From the NCBI GenBank assembly GCA_047495785.1, contig JBLDXI010000007.1, positions 3,162,001 to 3,226,000 on the forward strand: a stretch of DNA of 64,000 nucleotides, read 5' to 3'. Source of the DNA: Lepidodermella squamata. Its lineage: Eukaryota > Animalia > Gastrotricha. The notes under the pieces are model-generated. The model was not told the DNA's origin. It saw nothing but the letters and a program-made list of their open reading frames with translations, and did no database searches. A program made the translations under genes and the position numbers. Positions 1 through 10,979 of this stretch are shown here, in pieces. Numbering within the stretch: the first letter of the stretch is position 1; each line of letters starts with the position of its first letter.

Positions 1-663
1 GAAATTGCACGCACATTGATTATTTCGGCCTAGTGCAAGCAGTAAATGTCCTCTCTCTTTTGCTATTTGTCTACGACTATAGGACAGAATGATGATGACA
101 TGTCGCAAGTAAGAATCAACAAGTGTGCACTGAAGCTCTTTGTTTCGATTTAATATACAGAACTGCTTCATATCGACTCGAGCATCGAGGCCCATTTTTA
201 GCGTCCTTATTTCGATCTAGAATGATTACGCTACTAGCATAACAGCCACGTAGCATCGCACTGATGAATGAGAATAAGCAATTTGTTGCATATTTGTTGT
301 TGTTGATATTCACGTCAAGTGATCGTAATTCGGATAAGTTTAAAATTATACATTAAGGCAAGTCTGTTCAAAACCTTTTATTTTACCCAACAAATAAATA
401 AAGAAAATGCCGAGTTTGAAGTTGTAATTTTTTAAATATTTTTTTAACCTAGCCAGCCGGACGTCGTGGCCCTAATTTTCAGTTTATTTCTAGATTTCAC
501 GTAGCTCTCAGCTGAGAGTCTTCCGTTAAATAGAGCTCAAATTTTAGTGAAACTTACGCGACTGATTTTTCGCAGAGCTTCCTAACTTGATTATAAAAGT
601 GTCTCTTTACCTTTTGCATACCTTGCCTATAATTCATCTCGAAGTGAATGATAAATGATAATA

Positions 664-2844
664 CAGGGTGTTCAAGAAATAATGGTTGGGCTATTTTTAG
701 TGATGAACTTTGGCCAGACGCCACGCGAATTGTATTTTTTCAAGCACGAGCTGAGCGTGAAAATTTTTTGATCGAGTTCGGCGCTAAATTTTGTCTTGAC
801 CTTGATTTTTTGTCCATTTTCGTTATATGGACAATTGTGGAATGAATGAAATTTTGAATGAAAATGATCGAGAAAAAAGAGCTGAAATTAAAGGAAAAAA
901 ACCTCATTTCTTCCAAGTTCCAAGTTTATGTTTTTCGAGACTCACCTTCATTCCTCTCATCTGTGAATTTCACGATAAGACTCGTGAACAGCAGCAATAT
1001 TAAAAAGTTCATCACATAAACTATGGCGTAAATCTCTCCCGATCTTAGTAACTGCTTATCAGGTGATTCATAATTCATGAAAAAACGCAAGTGGATTCAA
1101 AGTTAATATTATTTATTTGATTCCGTCTTCATCATTGCTCGTCACAGAAAGAAAACTGATTTGAAAAAAAATTTAAGATCGATATTTGGCCTTAAGCCTT
1201 TCATTTATTAACATCTGCTGGGCTTTGTGGCAGATGGAAGATCCATCGCGGCAGGGCAATCGACGCAAAAATTTGGGGTCGCCGCCTTTCCCTAGCGGGG
1301 TCGCGCAGTAGAGGTCGAGCGTATATGTCGTAGCGCTTCGGCCCAGTTGGCGGCAGAATCGCACAAAATAGCTCAAGACTATCTTTTCTTTAGGACTCCA
1401 AGGCTGTTTGTGACGACCTGAAAGCAAAGGCAACAATTTTTTTAAAGGCTGAATAATAAATAATTGATTAATTTTACTCAATTCAAGAATTTGAGCAGAC
1501 GATAGTGGTTCAGGAGGTGGGCCAAGGTCGCTTGATTCCATTTCGTTGTCGTGGGTGGCGATTGGTTGCTCGTTCGACATCTTTGATTTTTTCGTATTTT
1601 TGTGTATTGTTTGTAATGCTCGTTTAATGGAACGGCTTCTAAGATCTAGAAGAGGTGTATTGCTACTAAGCATCAACTTACTAGACTTACTAAAGTTGGG
1701 ATTTTCGATAGATTCGCTTATAAAGGCCAAGGACAACAGCTTGTTACTGGCGGGAAACACGGCGGACCGGCGTTAGCTCGAAACCTTCTCTCTTCAGCAA
1801 GCGTCTGAGGTAGCTTCTCGGGACGAATGCAACAGAGTAAACTTTTTGTTGAATCAATCTCAAGCTAATGCGTGGATTTTCAGTCACCAAAGTCAAAGTG
1901 ATCAGTGTAATAAGGCGACGCTGGTCTACCGTCAACATTTAATCAACATTGATCCTTACTGTCAACAAACCAGTTAGGGTTAACAGGGGACCACCAGCGA
2001 TAGTTTTGATGGTTAGTGAAACCATCTAGGCGGAAGAGCGCTTCATCGCCCACGAGAATTTTGTTGAGAAAATCTTGAAGCTCGTCCTCCATGCCCAGCA
2101 GCCATCGGCAGAAATTCATCCGCTTTTCGAAGTCATCATGTTGTAGGGCTTGTGTATATATCATTTTATACGGATGGAAATTGTTGAGCGAAAGTATGGT
2201 GTGAATAGAGGTTCGACCGATGAGTAATGTTTTACTGGAATCAGTTAATGAGCTTTTGGGCCACTGAGCAAAGTAATTCAGAACCCGCTCGATGTTTTGA
2301 TCGGTAATGACATTGGCTTGACGACCAGGTGCTTTTCGATTTGAGCAACTACCCAATCGATCGTGTTTGCGCCACTGATATTTTATTGTTTTATAAGTAA
2401 CATTCGGATATTGAGGATAAGCCAGTTTGAAAGCTTCGGCAGCCTTAGTAGCGTTACGCTGGTTTTCAAGGTAAAAAGTAACCATTTTACCCCGAATATC
2501 ATCGGGGTATTCAAAACTCGCCATTTATTGGTTACAAAATAAAATTAGATTAAAAAACGGATCGATGTTTGAGAATTTGTTGAAAAAACTTTGAAACCAA
2601 AAAAGGTTTTTCAATTTTATTTCAATTTTTTCCACTTCTTGTTGTCCAGCACGCGATAGGCGAGACGGAAAAAGCGTCGCTCGCCGATAAAGAAAAAAAA
2701 TCAAGCGTAAAAGAAAAAGAAAATTTTTGTCCAGTTGTTTTGTCCAGGTCAGGGTTCAGTAGCCAGGTTGCCGTCAGCTATCGCGTGTCGTCTGGTCAAA
2801 GTTCGAGTGTAAAAATAGCCAACTATTATTTCTTGAACACCCTG
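664..2844 (-). mobile_element. Tc1/mariner-superfamily DNA transposon, non-autonomous (truncated transposase plus extra ORFs)
   Basis: TIRs CAGGGTGTTCAAGAAATAAT... / ...ATTATTTCTTGAACACCCTG (imperfect match continuing ~60 bp), TA on both sides (662-663, 2845-2846); contains transposase N-terminus. Confidence 0.92.
1943..2524 (-). pseudogene. Truncated Tc1/mariner transposase (HTH domains and first catalytic Asp only)
   Basis: Motifs 'DDFEKRMNFCRW', 'ILVGDEALFRLDGFTNHQNYRWW' match the first-D region; stop right after, no second D or third D/E region recognisable. Confidence 0.85.
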
Positions 2845-3208
2845 TAGTTCATTACCTAATTATTTCGTCCCGTTATCACGAGCCTGTCACTAAATTCGGG
2901 AATCAAAACGATTTAACCTAATTCATCAAATAATAATTACGGACAACTTAAAATTAGACACACACACACACATGTCCCCAGACACGCCTAATTATTCATA
3001 TGCTTCATATATCCAGTTCTATTAACTTATCGAGGTCTTTATCGATTAGAGTTCTTTGCGTCACGTAGCACGAAACTTGGCGATACCTTACGGCTCATAT
3101 TTAACTCCCATTTTACTCTTTGTGCCATTAAGCAGGAATTCTACCTGTTTGATGTTGTTTGATCCAAGTTGAATGGGAGACAAAACTGGAATCCTCTTTT
3201 TTTAATAG

Positions 3209-4788
3209 ATGAAATTATCGGACGCGCCAGAATGTAAGGTATGCAGTCGCCCTGTACCACGTCGCACTTTGTTTCAACCGAGAACGTGTGCCGCTTGCCA
3301 GAAATTTTTTCGGCGCAATTGTGCAACATGGCAGGAGTTGAGGTGCAACCATGACACCGATGTTAAGGCCAAAGCTGAGGCGAAACAGCCCCGAAAAAGG
3401 CGCAAGTTTAAGTGTTCGAAATGCCGATTCGAAGCTTGCGTGCGGGCTGGTCTCAAAAGTAAGTGCATCATCTTCTGATTGCTATATCTAATGATTGTCA
3501 AAATTCATTAAACTTTTTTCTCAATTCAAATCAGACACACGCCAAGAAAAGCGCCTGTGAAAAAAGGAATATGAAACAAGCGTCATCTGTTGCTCAGACA
3601 TTCTTATCGGCTCTTTTCTTGGCGTGTCTCATATTCTCGTTTCTCAAGAAAAATGTATTTAAAATCAATACAATTTATATCAGAATAATATTAGCAAGTG
3701 ATTATTATGATAGGTAGGTATCTGTCGCCCCGTCCAAGCATCGGGGAACCTTCGCCGCACGGTTCCTCTGACTCTAAAGACCAAAGCAGCGATTTGCCGC
3801 TGATAAAAAATCCGCTGGCTTACAATGGCGAGGACGTTGAGAACATCATACGATTGGCAATAACAGCCCACACATACCTTCACCCTCTTGAATTTGTGAG
3901 TCTCTCAGTTTCCAAGATATATTTAATCACTGATCTAATTTTTCCAAGCTCCCGTTGAGGAAAAAAATTACCACGGAAGAAATGTCGAATCCTAGATTTG
4001 TGTCACGAACTATGCTAGAAAATATCAGTGAAATTATGCGAACAGGCTTCGAGTTCGCATCTTTCATGAAAGGTTTGCTTTATCCCTCGGCAATAAACAA
4101 GGTTAATACGCCAACTTGTTTTCAGATTCCTTCCATATCCCGGAAAAGGAAATTGCTGCGATGGTAGGTGCGGGCTGGAAACCGATAACAATAGCATACT
4201 CAGCATTGCCGTCAACCACTGGCCGAGTATTAGTGGGACCTGATAATTTGGAGGGTTTCCTGGCTGCTAATCCTGAAATGAAAGTTTGCTTTTAAGGAAA
4301 ACCTCGACCTTTTATACAACAATAGCAACAATTTCGCAGCATGTAGCTGAGGCTGAGGAACAGGTTTCGTTCGAAATGGGTAAATGGAACCCTTCGCTGC
4401 CTGAAATCGCAGTTTTGATGCTTCGGCTGTTTTTCAGAAGCAAGTTTTACGACTTTAAAATCAGACTATGCTTTGTCAATCATATTTCCCCAGATGAAAT
4501 GACTTTCATTGTTTTTCTCTTATAGAAGCGGAGACTGTTTCTGGTACATGTAGTCCTCGTTCCCGTCAGCTCATGCGCCGGATCGATACCGCTTTCCTGA
4601 TGCTTTGCTCGCGGCGATTCAGGTCGAACCGTAACGAAGCCGTGGCGAAGGTGAAAGCTATCGAGCGGCTGATCGCCATCGAAACTGATCTACTCGACAA
4701 GATAGGGGTGGCTGTTGCGGTGAGGCGACAGCTAGGCAACTCTTGCGAGAAAGATCGCGACGTCATCAAACTCACATTCAGCGCCTGA
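3209..4788 (+). CDS. Divergent nuclear hormone receptor (zinc-finger DBD + LBD), ~5 exons
   Basis: Exon 3209-3458 CKVC..CAACQKFFRR..CSKCRFEACVRAGL; splices to 3714; LBD-signature-like 'FEFASFMKDSFHIPEKEIAAMVGAGW'; last intron 4440-4525 is GC-AG and restores frame to the stop at 4788. Confidence 0.85.
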
Positions 4789-5872
4789 TATTTCTAGTTT
4801 CCAGCTGCTGATAACTGATCATTTTGAACTTTAAAACATTTCATATTGCTTTCAATTGACTGGTTGATTCCGCTTATTAGGCCATCTTTATTCGGTTTAA
4901 TATAACCGAGACTTTTGAGATGTTTTTCGAGTAAAATCAGCTTGATCAACAGCTTTTTCTTTCCTTTGATTCGGTATTGTATTCTTCATGAAGGCTTCAA
5001 TTATCTATCTTATTTTTACACTCCGACATTGAGAAGCGCGCGCGGAGACGCACCGGAAAATGCAGGTGCAGGTGGCAATCGACGAAAAATGTCGATTGTC
5101 TTCTCATTCTAGATTGTATTAGAGCGTGCAGACCGCAGACTGTACTAACAACGAATCGCTGTGCGCATACCTTGTTGTCACCTCTCAACTTGTCCAATAC
5201 TGACAGGAGCAAACTTGTCCTAGGTTTTCTTTTTAGGTGTCGCTCAAATATCATCGCGTAGACATTGCGAGTGATACAAAAAATATTGATGACAACATCG
5301 TAATGCGTAATGGAGCGTCAAAATGTATAGACAGCGGCCTTCGAGCTTGAGGTTGCTTGAATACCTCTTACCTCGATGTTTAACCTTCCAGACATTACAC
5401 GGAACCAATACTTAATGGTTCATGGAGTCGACAATAGCCAGGCTAAATCGTATTAGCCGAAAACATTTTTCATACTCATATCCAAGAAAGAAAGCGGAGA
5501 TTTTGAGTCTTGAAAACATTTTAATGGTTGATCCAGGCGGGCCAATTTTTTTACCACAGGTAGCAGCTTTACGTATCGCTAACGCTAGGTGAAATCGCCG
5601 GAGCGAAAGGCAAAAGAGCGCGGGACATAAGGGCGAAATACTTGAGGGCACAGACGATAAAAGGGCGCGAACTATTCAATAATTTTGTTTTTGGCCAAAA
5701 CAATTTTTAAGGTATAAGCTCACTTCGTTCGCATGGCCCTGATTTATTAATTAATATCGTGATTATAGGAATTAGGGTCTTACTTTTAGCGGAACCAAAT
5801 TTTGGAATTAACAATGGGCCTAAAACCACTTTTCGAATCTTTCAAGGATGTCATGATTGATTAACGTAAAAA

Positions 5873-6771
5873 CCCAAGGAAAAAAGTTAGGATAGATCGA
5901 CAGTCGATGTAGATGTCATTTAGATGTGATATTTTTTGATGCGAGGATGCATCTTAGATGTAACTTACATGAATCGTGGATGATCGCTAAGCTTCATGTA
6001 CAATTCATCCGAGCATCATCTTAACATGAAGCCATGATGATACATGGCCTTATCTACATGATATCTACACGACAAGTAGATGCGATCTACATGCCAAGTA
6101 GATGCGATCTACATCAAATCTATATGACAAGTAGATGCGATCTACATGACATGTAGATCTCATCTACATGGCACTACATAATTTGACAAAATCATGTCAT
6201 AAAGATGTCGTATCGATAAACACCTTAAGATTATGGGTAATTTTCAGTCGACATGACTTCTAACCCATTGAACTCTTAATTAGTATTATTAGTATTAAAT
6301 TGAAATAATTTCACGAGAAGCCTTGGGGCGACCCTTTAGGCTCTGGGTTACAATGGCGCTCCCCTCAGCTCGCGAAGGCAGGGAGTGAACGCTTAGGTTA
6401 TACTCACCCACGCCCAGTCTCGTCAAAAACCGTCTGAATAATATGAATTAATTGGAAATAATTTTGGGTTGACCACCTCTTTGAGTGAGAATTGAAACAA
6501 CAGCTAAATTGATTTGCATATGCACAATTTTGAAAATAATCAAATAAATTGCTGTAGAATTGGTTGCATCTAAGACACATATATACATCATGTACAATTC
6601 ATCTTTCATGATTCCTAAATGATGGAGTTGACATGTAAGATGCATCTTGTACCCATCTAGAACACTTGTTTGACATGCATCTTACATGTGTCTTACATGC
6701 AGCCGACATGTGACGGTCTCATATAGATGACATCTACATCAGGCCAGGATGATCCCTTTTTTTTCCTTGGG
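5873..6771. mobile_element. Non-autonomous CACTA/EnSpm-like element
   Basis: Termini CCCAAGGAAAAAA / TTTTTTCCTTGGG, 2-bp flanks AA/AA, subterminal ATCTACATG/CATGTAGAT arrays, GC-rich central cassette. Confidence 0.7.
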
Positions 6772-6829
6772 AAGCTGCATAAGACGCATTATTCACTATG
6801 GAATTCCTAGCGGAACCTAACGGAACCTA

Positions 6830-9707
6830 GCAGCGGGTTTTCATCAGCACCAACTTCCACTTATCCTGGAAGTCTCATCATTTGTTATGGATTGTTATGG
6901 ACCAATACTAGTTGGTAGAAACAAAAATTACATTTGCATCACCTTCCGTTGGCGTGCTGCCAACTTTTGCTGCCAAGTTCAACTTTTACACTGTAAAAAG
7001 GGTGCATCGATTTGGGACCCCATTTGTTATATCCGACAGCAGCACATAAAAAACGTGAGAATTTGTTATATAACGTAACAAATGACGCTGATTGCGATGG
7101 TGCTTTTTATTTTACCACCAGCATCACCTGGACAGGTGTGGATCGAAAAAACCAGGTATGGTGGCTTACCTGAGCAGGTAGGGTGCGTCCCATGACCTCG
7201 AGATAATTTTTTTCGGATTCTCCGTCGAAAATTACCATGTTTCATAAAGTATTGCGAACTTTCGATTCATATAACTCGAGAAATAAAAGCGAGTTTAACC
7301 AAAGTTGCAATTTCAATGTCGATTGTGGCAGTTTGCAATGAAAATTACTTGCTTGGCAGCGAAAGCTTGGATTATTTTACATCAACTTCACATTTTAATG
7401 AGTGCACTAGGGTAAAAAAAGATGCAGAAATTAACATCTCTATTGTCTAACGAATATAATTGACGGCTTGGCGGTTATAATTGACCACGTGATACGTAGC
7501 CGGCTATTCAAATTTAAAATGGGTCTGAATTGAATTAGATTACGATATTTTTTCAACTGGCAGCGCTACGTAACAAATGTGGAATTTTAATTCTAGAAGA
7601 TAAAAAGTAGCCCTGAAAACGTTGGTGATGTTGATTTTATTATTACCTATAATATTTTATTCTGTTAATATGACCTTTTCGTGCGAGAAAGTCAATAATA
7701 TTCGTTACCTTCTTTGAGGAATCATTGTTTAATTTGTTTATTGATACTCTTAAATTTTGGAATACTTAAGATCAGCAAGTGCTATGGTATATTCTGATTT
7801 CTGATACGAAAATTAATATCTATTTCAAAGATGTACCGTAAGGCGGTCTTACTTCGGACAGGGTAACTTCGGACACTTTTGACTTTGAACTGGAATTTCT
7901 CCTCAACCCCGGTGAATATAGAGACCGTTCAAATTGCAAAAGATAGCCCTGAGTCTTGGCTTTCAAATGACATCAGAAACATTGAAAACAGATAAGTATG
8001 CGAAGAAAAGTCCAACTTCTTGGCAGTCATGTCCCGCGACCCAAAATTGCTAACTTTTCACCAGGTAGGTATTTTTTGCTGGAGAGAAGCGGAAAAGATA
8101 GAGCACCATCGATTTAGTAATGCTGTCATGTTCAAACCAATTTTTAACGAAAACTTTGATCAGGAAATAATAATAGAAAACAAATTTTGTCCCGGGTAAG
8201 TTCGGACAGCTTCAAACTACGGGAAATTTAAAAATATGTCAATTGACCTTGACATTTTTTAAACTCCATATTTTATTGAGAACAGCACTAAGCTGCGTTG
8301 GGAGCACAATTCAATATTGAGGGTTCGAATCCCTCATCATGCATTTTAGTTTTTTTTTTTAGTTTTTTTCTTAAATCTGCTCACAAATTTTATCTCGCTT
8401 TAATGTGAACTTTGACCCCAATCTAAATATTCACATTGAGCTGTCCGAAATTACCCCAGTCGTGTCCGAAGTTAGCCGGACCAGTTTTCCTTTAATACCT
8501 GTTCGGGAAATTTTTTTTTTCCGGAGTTGATACTAGAATATGCAAACCCCAAAAACATGTTTTTGTCCGAAGTAAGACCGCCTTACGGTATGCCTATACT
8601 CACATTACTCACCTCGAGTTTCTTACTTTTCTTGCTCATCAATTTCGGAAATTCGGAAATTCGGCTACGACGGTTATGGAAACAAAACAAACATGTAGGT
8701 CCACTCGGCTTCTTTCAGGACATCGGATCAACATGTAGAACAACAGTAGAACCTCATAACTTCCATCAATTTCATAAAATTCAATAAAATTGCCTTGGAA
8801 TGAATTCAGAATAGAGTCTCACTATGATGCTCGCTGGAAGACACCTTACCTGTTCTTAGCAATCCTCACCTGTCCAGAAGGTGCTGATAGTAAAATAAAC
8901 ATCACCAGCGTTTTCAGCGCCAATTATTACCATATAGGACAAAATACCACGTTTTTTATGATGTGCTGACAGCTATAACAAATAGGTTAATATAATTCAA
9001 TTCGTACCCATCAGAAACTTGATAAAGCGAATAGGTCACGTGATCAATTAACCACGTAGCAATCAATTTTGTTGATTAGACAATAGCACGGTTGAATTCT
9101 GCATCATTTTTTACCCTGGTGTACTCATTGTTAGACACACGGGGCAATGTTGAAGAATCCAAGTTTCCGCTTCCAAGCGAGTAACTCTCATTATTGACTG
9201 ACATCAACAAATGACGGAAATTGCAACTCTGTGTAAGATCATTATGTTTCTCATTTCGTGAGTTATGTATATCAGAAATTCAAAAAACTTGGGGAATACC
9301 TGTAATTTTCGACGGAGAATCCGAAAAAAATTATCTCGAGGTCATGGGACGCACCCTACCTGCTCAGGTAAGCCACCATACCTGGTTTTTTCGATCCACA
9401 CCTGTCCAGGTGATGCTGGTGGTAAAATAAAAAGCACCATCGCAATCAGCGTCATTTGTTACGTTATATAACAAATTCTCACGTTTTTTATGTGCTGCTG
9501 TCGGATATAACAAATGGGGTCCCAAATCGATGCACCCTTTTTACAGTGTAAAAGTTGAACTTGGCAGCAAAAGTTGGCAGCACGCCAACGGAAGGTGATG
9601 CAAATGTAATTTTTGTTTCTACCAACTAGTATTGGTCCATAACAATCCATAACAAATGATGAGACTTCCAGGATAAGTGGAAGTTGGTGCTGATGAAAAC
9701 ACGCTGC
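6830..9707. repeat. Long inverted repeat / foldback containing a CACTG-terminated element (6989-9548)
   Basis: Arms 6830-7235 and 9302-9707 are near-identical reverse complements; weaker inverted similarity continues inward to ~7650/8880; CACTGTAAAAA at 6989 and TTTTTACAGTG ending 9548. Confidence 0.9.
7836..8588. mobile_element. pogo/Tc1-type MITE nested in the foldback
   Basis: Perfect 25-bp TIR CCGTAAGGCGGTCTTACTTCGGACA, TA flanks, subterminal TTCGGACA repeats. Confidence 0.9.
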
Positions 9708-10052
9708 CAAGTTCAAAGCGGTCTACATTAGCGACTCTCACTCATAATGAATGAAAATCAGGTCATTGCGGCCAATTTTAATTTTCAACCGAAATTAATT
9801 ATTTCTAGCTGGAATTTCAAGTTTTGTAGGGTAAATGAACTAGATAATCGATATTTGGCTCATTCTGATCCTAATAACAAATTTTACGGTATATTTGTGA
9901 TTTGTTTCTCATTGCGGTAGTCTTGCGGTAGTTACGAGGTACTTTGTCGGTAGAACACCCGAAAAACTACCGAATTATTCGTAATATGCGCTTTTGTCTC
10001 GATTTAGCGCCCTGATGACTTCGGTCCTGTCTTTCTGTCCTACCAGCTATTA

Positions 10053-10612
10053 GAGCAGTAATCCCTAATTTCGGCCACTGCATAAATTCGGCCGCTGCGA
10101 CCTAACTTCGCCACCAGCCGAAATTTGTTGCCCGTAACTCAAGAAATTCGCATTGTCGAGCCAATCTGTTTCGTGATTTTTCAAGCACGTGATCGCAATA
10201 AAATATTTCTAAATACGGGCGAGGGGGTCATGTAGCTTCTCGAGTGCTTTGTTCCCATAATTACCAGAGTTTCGAGTTTTAGGCATCACATCGTCAAGAA
10301 AGCTCCCAGGTAAAAGCAACAAAGGCGATTTCCACACGAAGCTTGCCGAGATGAATTTAACGGTATCAAACTTAATGTATTAGCGTAACAGGATGAGATG
10401 GCCGGAATTAGGGCACCCGGAGACAAGGTGACTTCAAAATTAGCCGTAAATCATGGTAAAATCGTCCGGACTAGCGGGAACTGGCATTCGATAGCCCAAG
10501 AACTCCTCTACAATTCTGTATTTGCCTAGTATTTTGAATATTTTCTACAAATTCACCTGGCGGGCAAAGTAGGAAAAACCCGAAAAGTGGCCGAATTTAG
10601 GGCGGGATGCTC
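10053..10612. mobile_element. MITE with imperfect TIRs
   Basis: GAGCAGTAATCCCTAATTTCGGCCAC vs reverse complement of GTGGCCGAATTTAGGGCGGGATGCTC; internal TTCGGCC repeats; no clear TSD. Confidence 0.6.
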
Positions 10613-10979
10613 CACTCGATTTCATTAAAAACCGTCGATTATTGTAATACCATGATTAATTCTTTTGTTCATTCATTGTTGCGTTATGCAACAAAGCAGT
10701 GTTATACAGGCGTCAAAGCAAAAGCAACGTATGATTGACATTTTCAGGCTGTAATAAAACCGCGGTATCACCGGTCTAGCCAACTGACCTAGTTGTAAAT
10801 CTCAACGTTGTTTTTATTACGAGGTCATTCATAAGACCGATTTTATTGCGAGCGAACAGCTAAACATCAAACATTATTATTACCACAGAACAGCGCTAGC
10901 AATAAAACGACCAAAAACTGCTTATTTCTACGCAATAAACGTTCTATTTCTAGAAATACCTCTCAAATCGTTAAAAATC

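Noticed and set aside
4997-5254. 'QRFVVSTVCGLHAL' as Ulp/adenain cysteine protease motif
   Set aside because: Single weak motif; no catalytic His/Asp region identifiable.
6040-6180. ATCTACATG/GTAGATGCG repeats as a CRISPR array
   Set aside because: No unique spacers, no cas genes, eukaryotic context; they are subterminal TE repeats.
6325-6385. Resemblance to 16S rRNA (TACAATGGCG..CTCGCGA)
   Set aside because: Only two short words match; no extended rRNA similarity.
6887-7078. Identical ORFs at 6887 (+) and 9459 (-) as genes
   Set aside because: By-product of the inverted-repeat arms; no protein-like features.
10010-10035. CTGATGA as hammerhead ribozyme core
   Set aside because: No downstream GAAA and no supporting stems.
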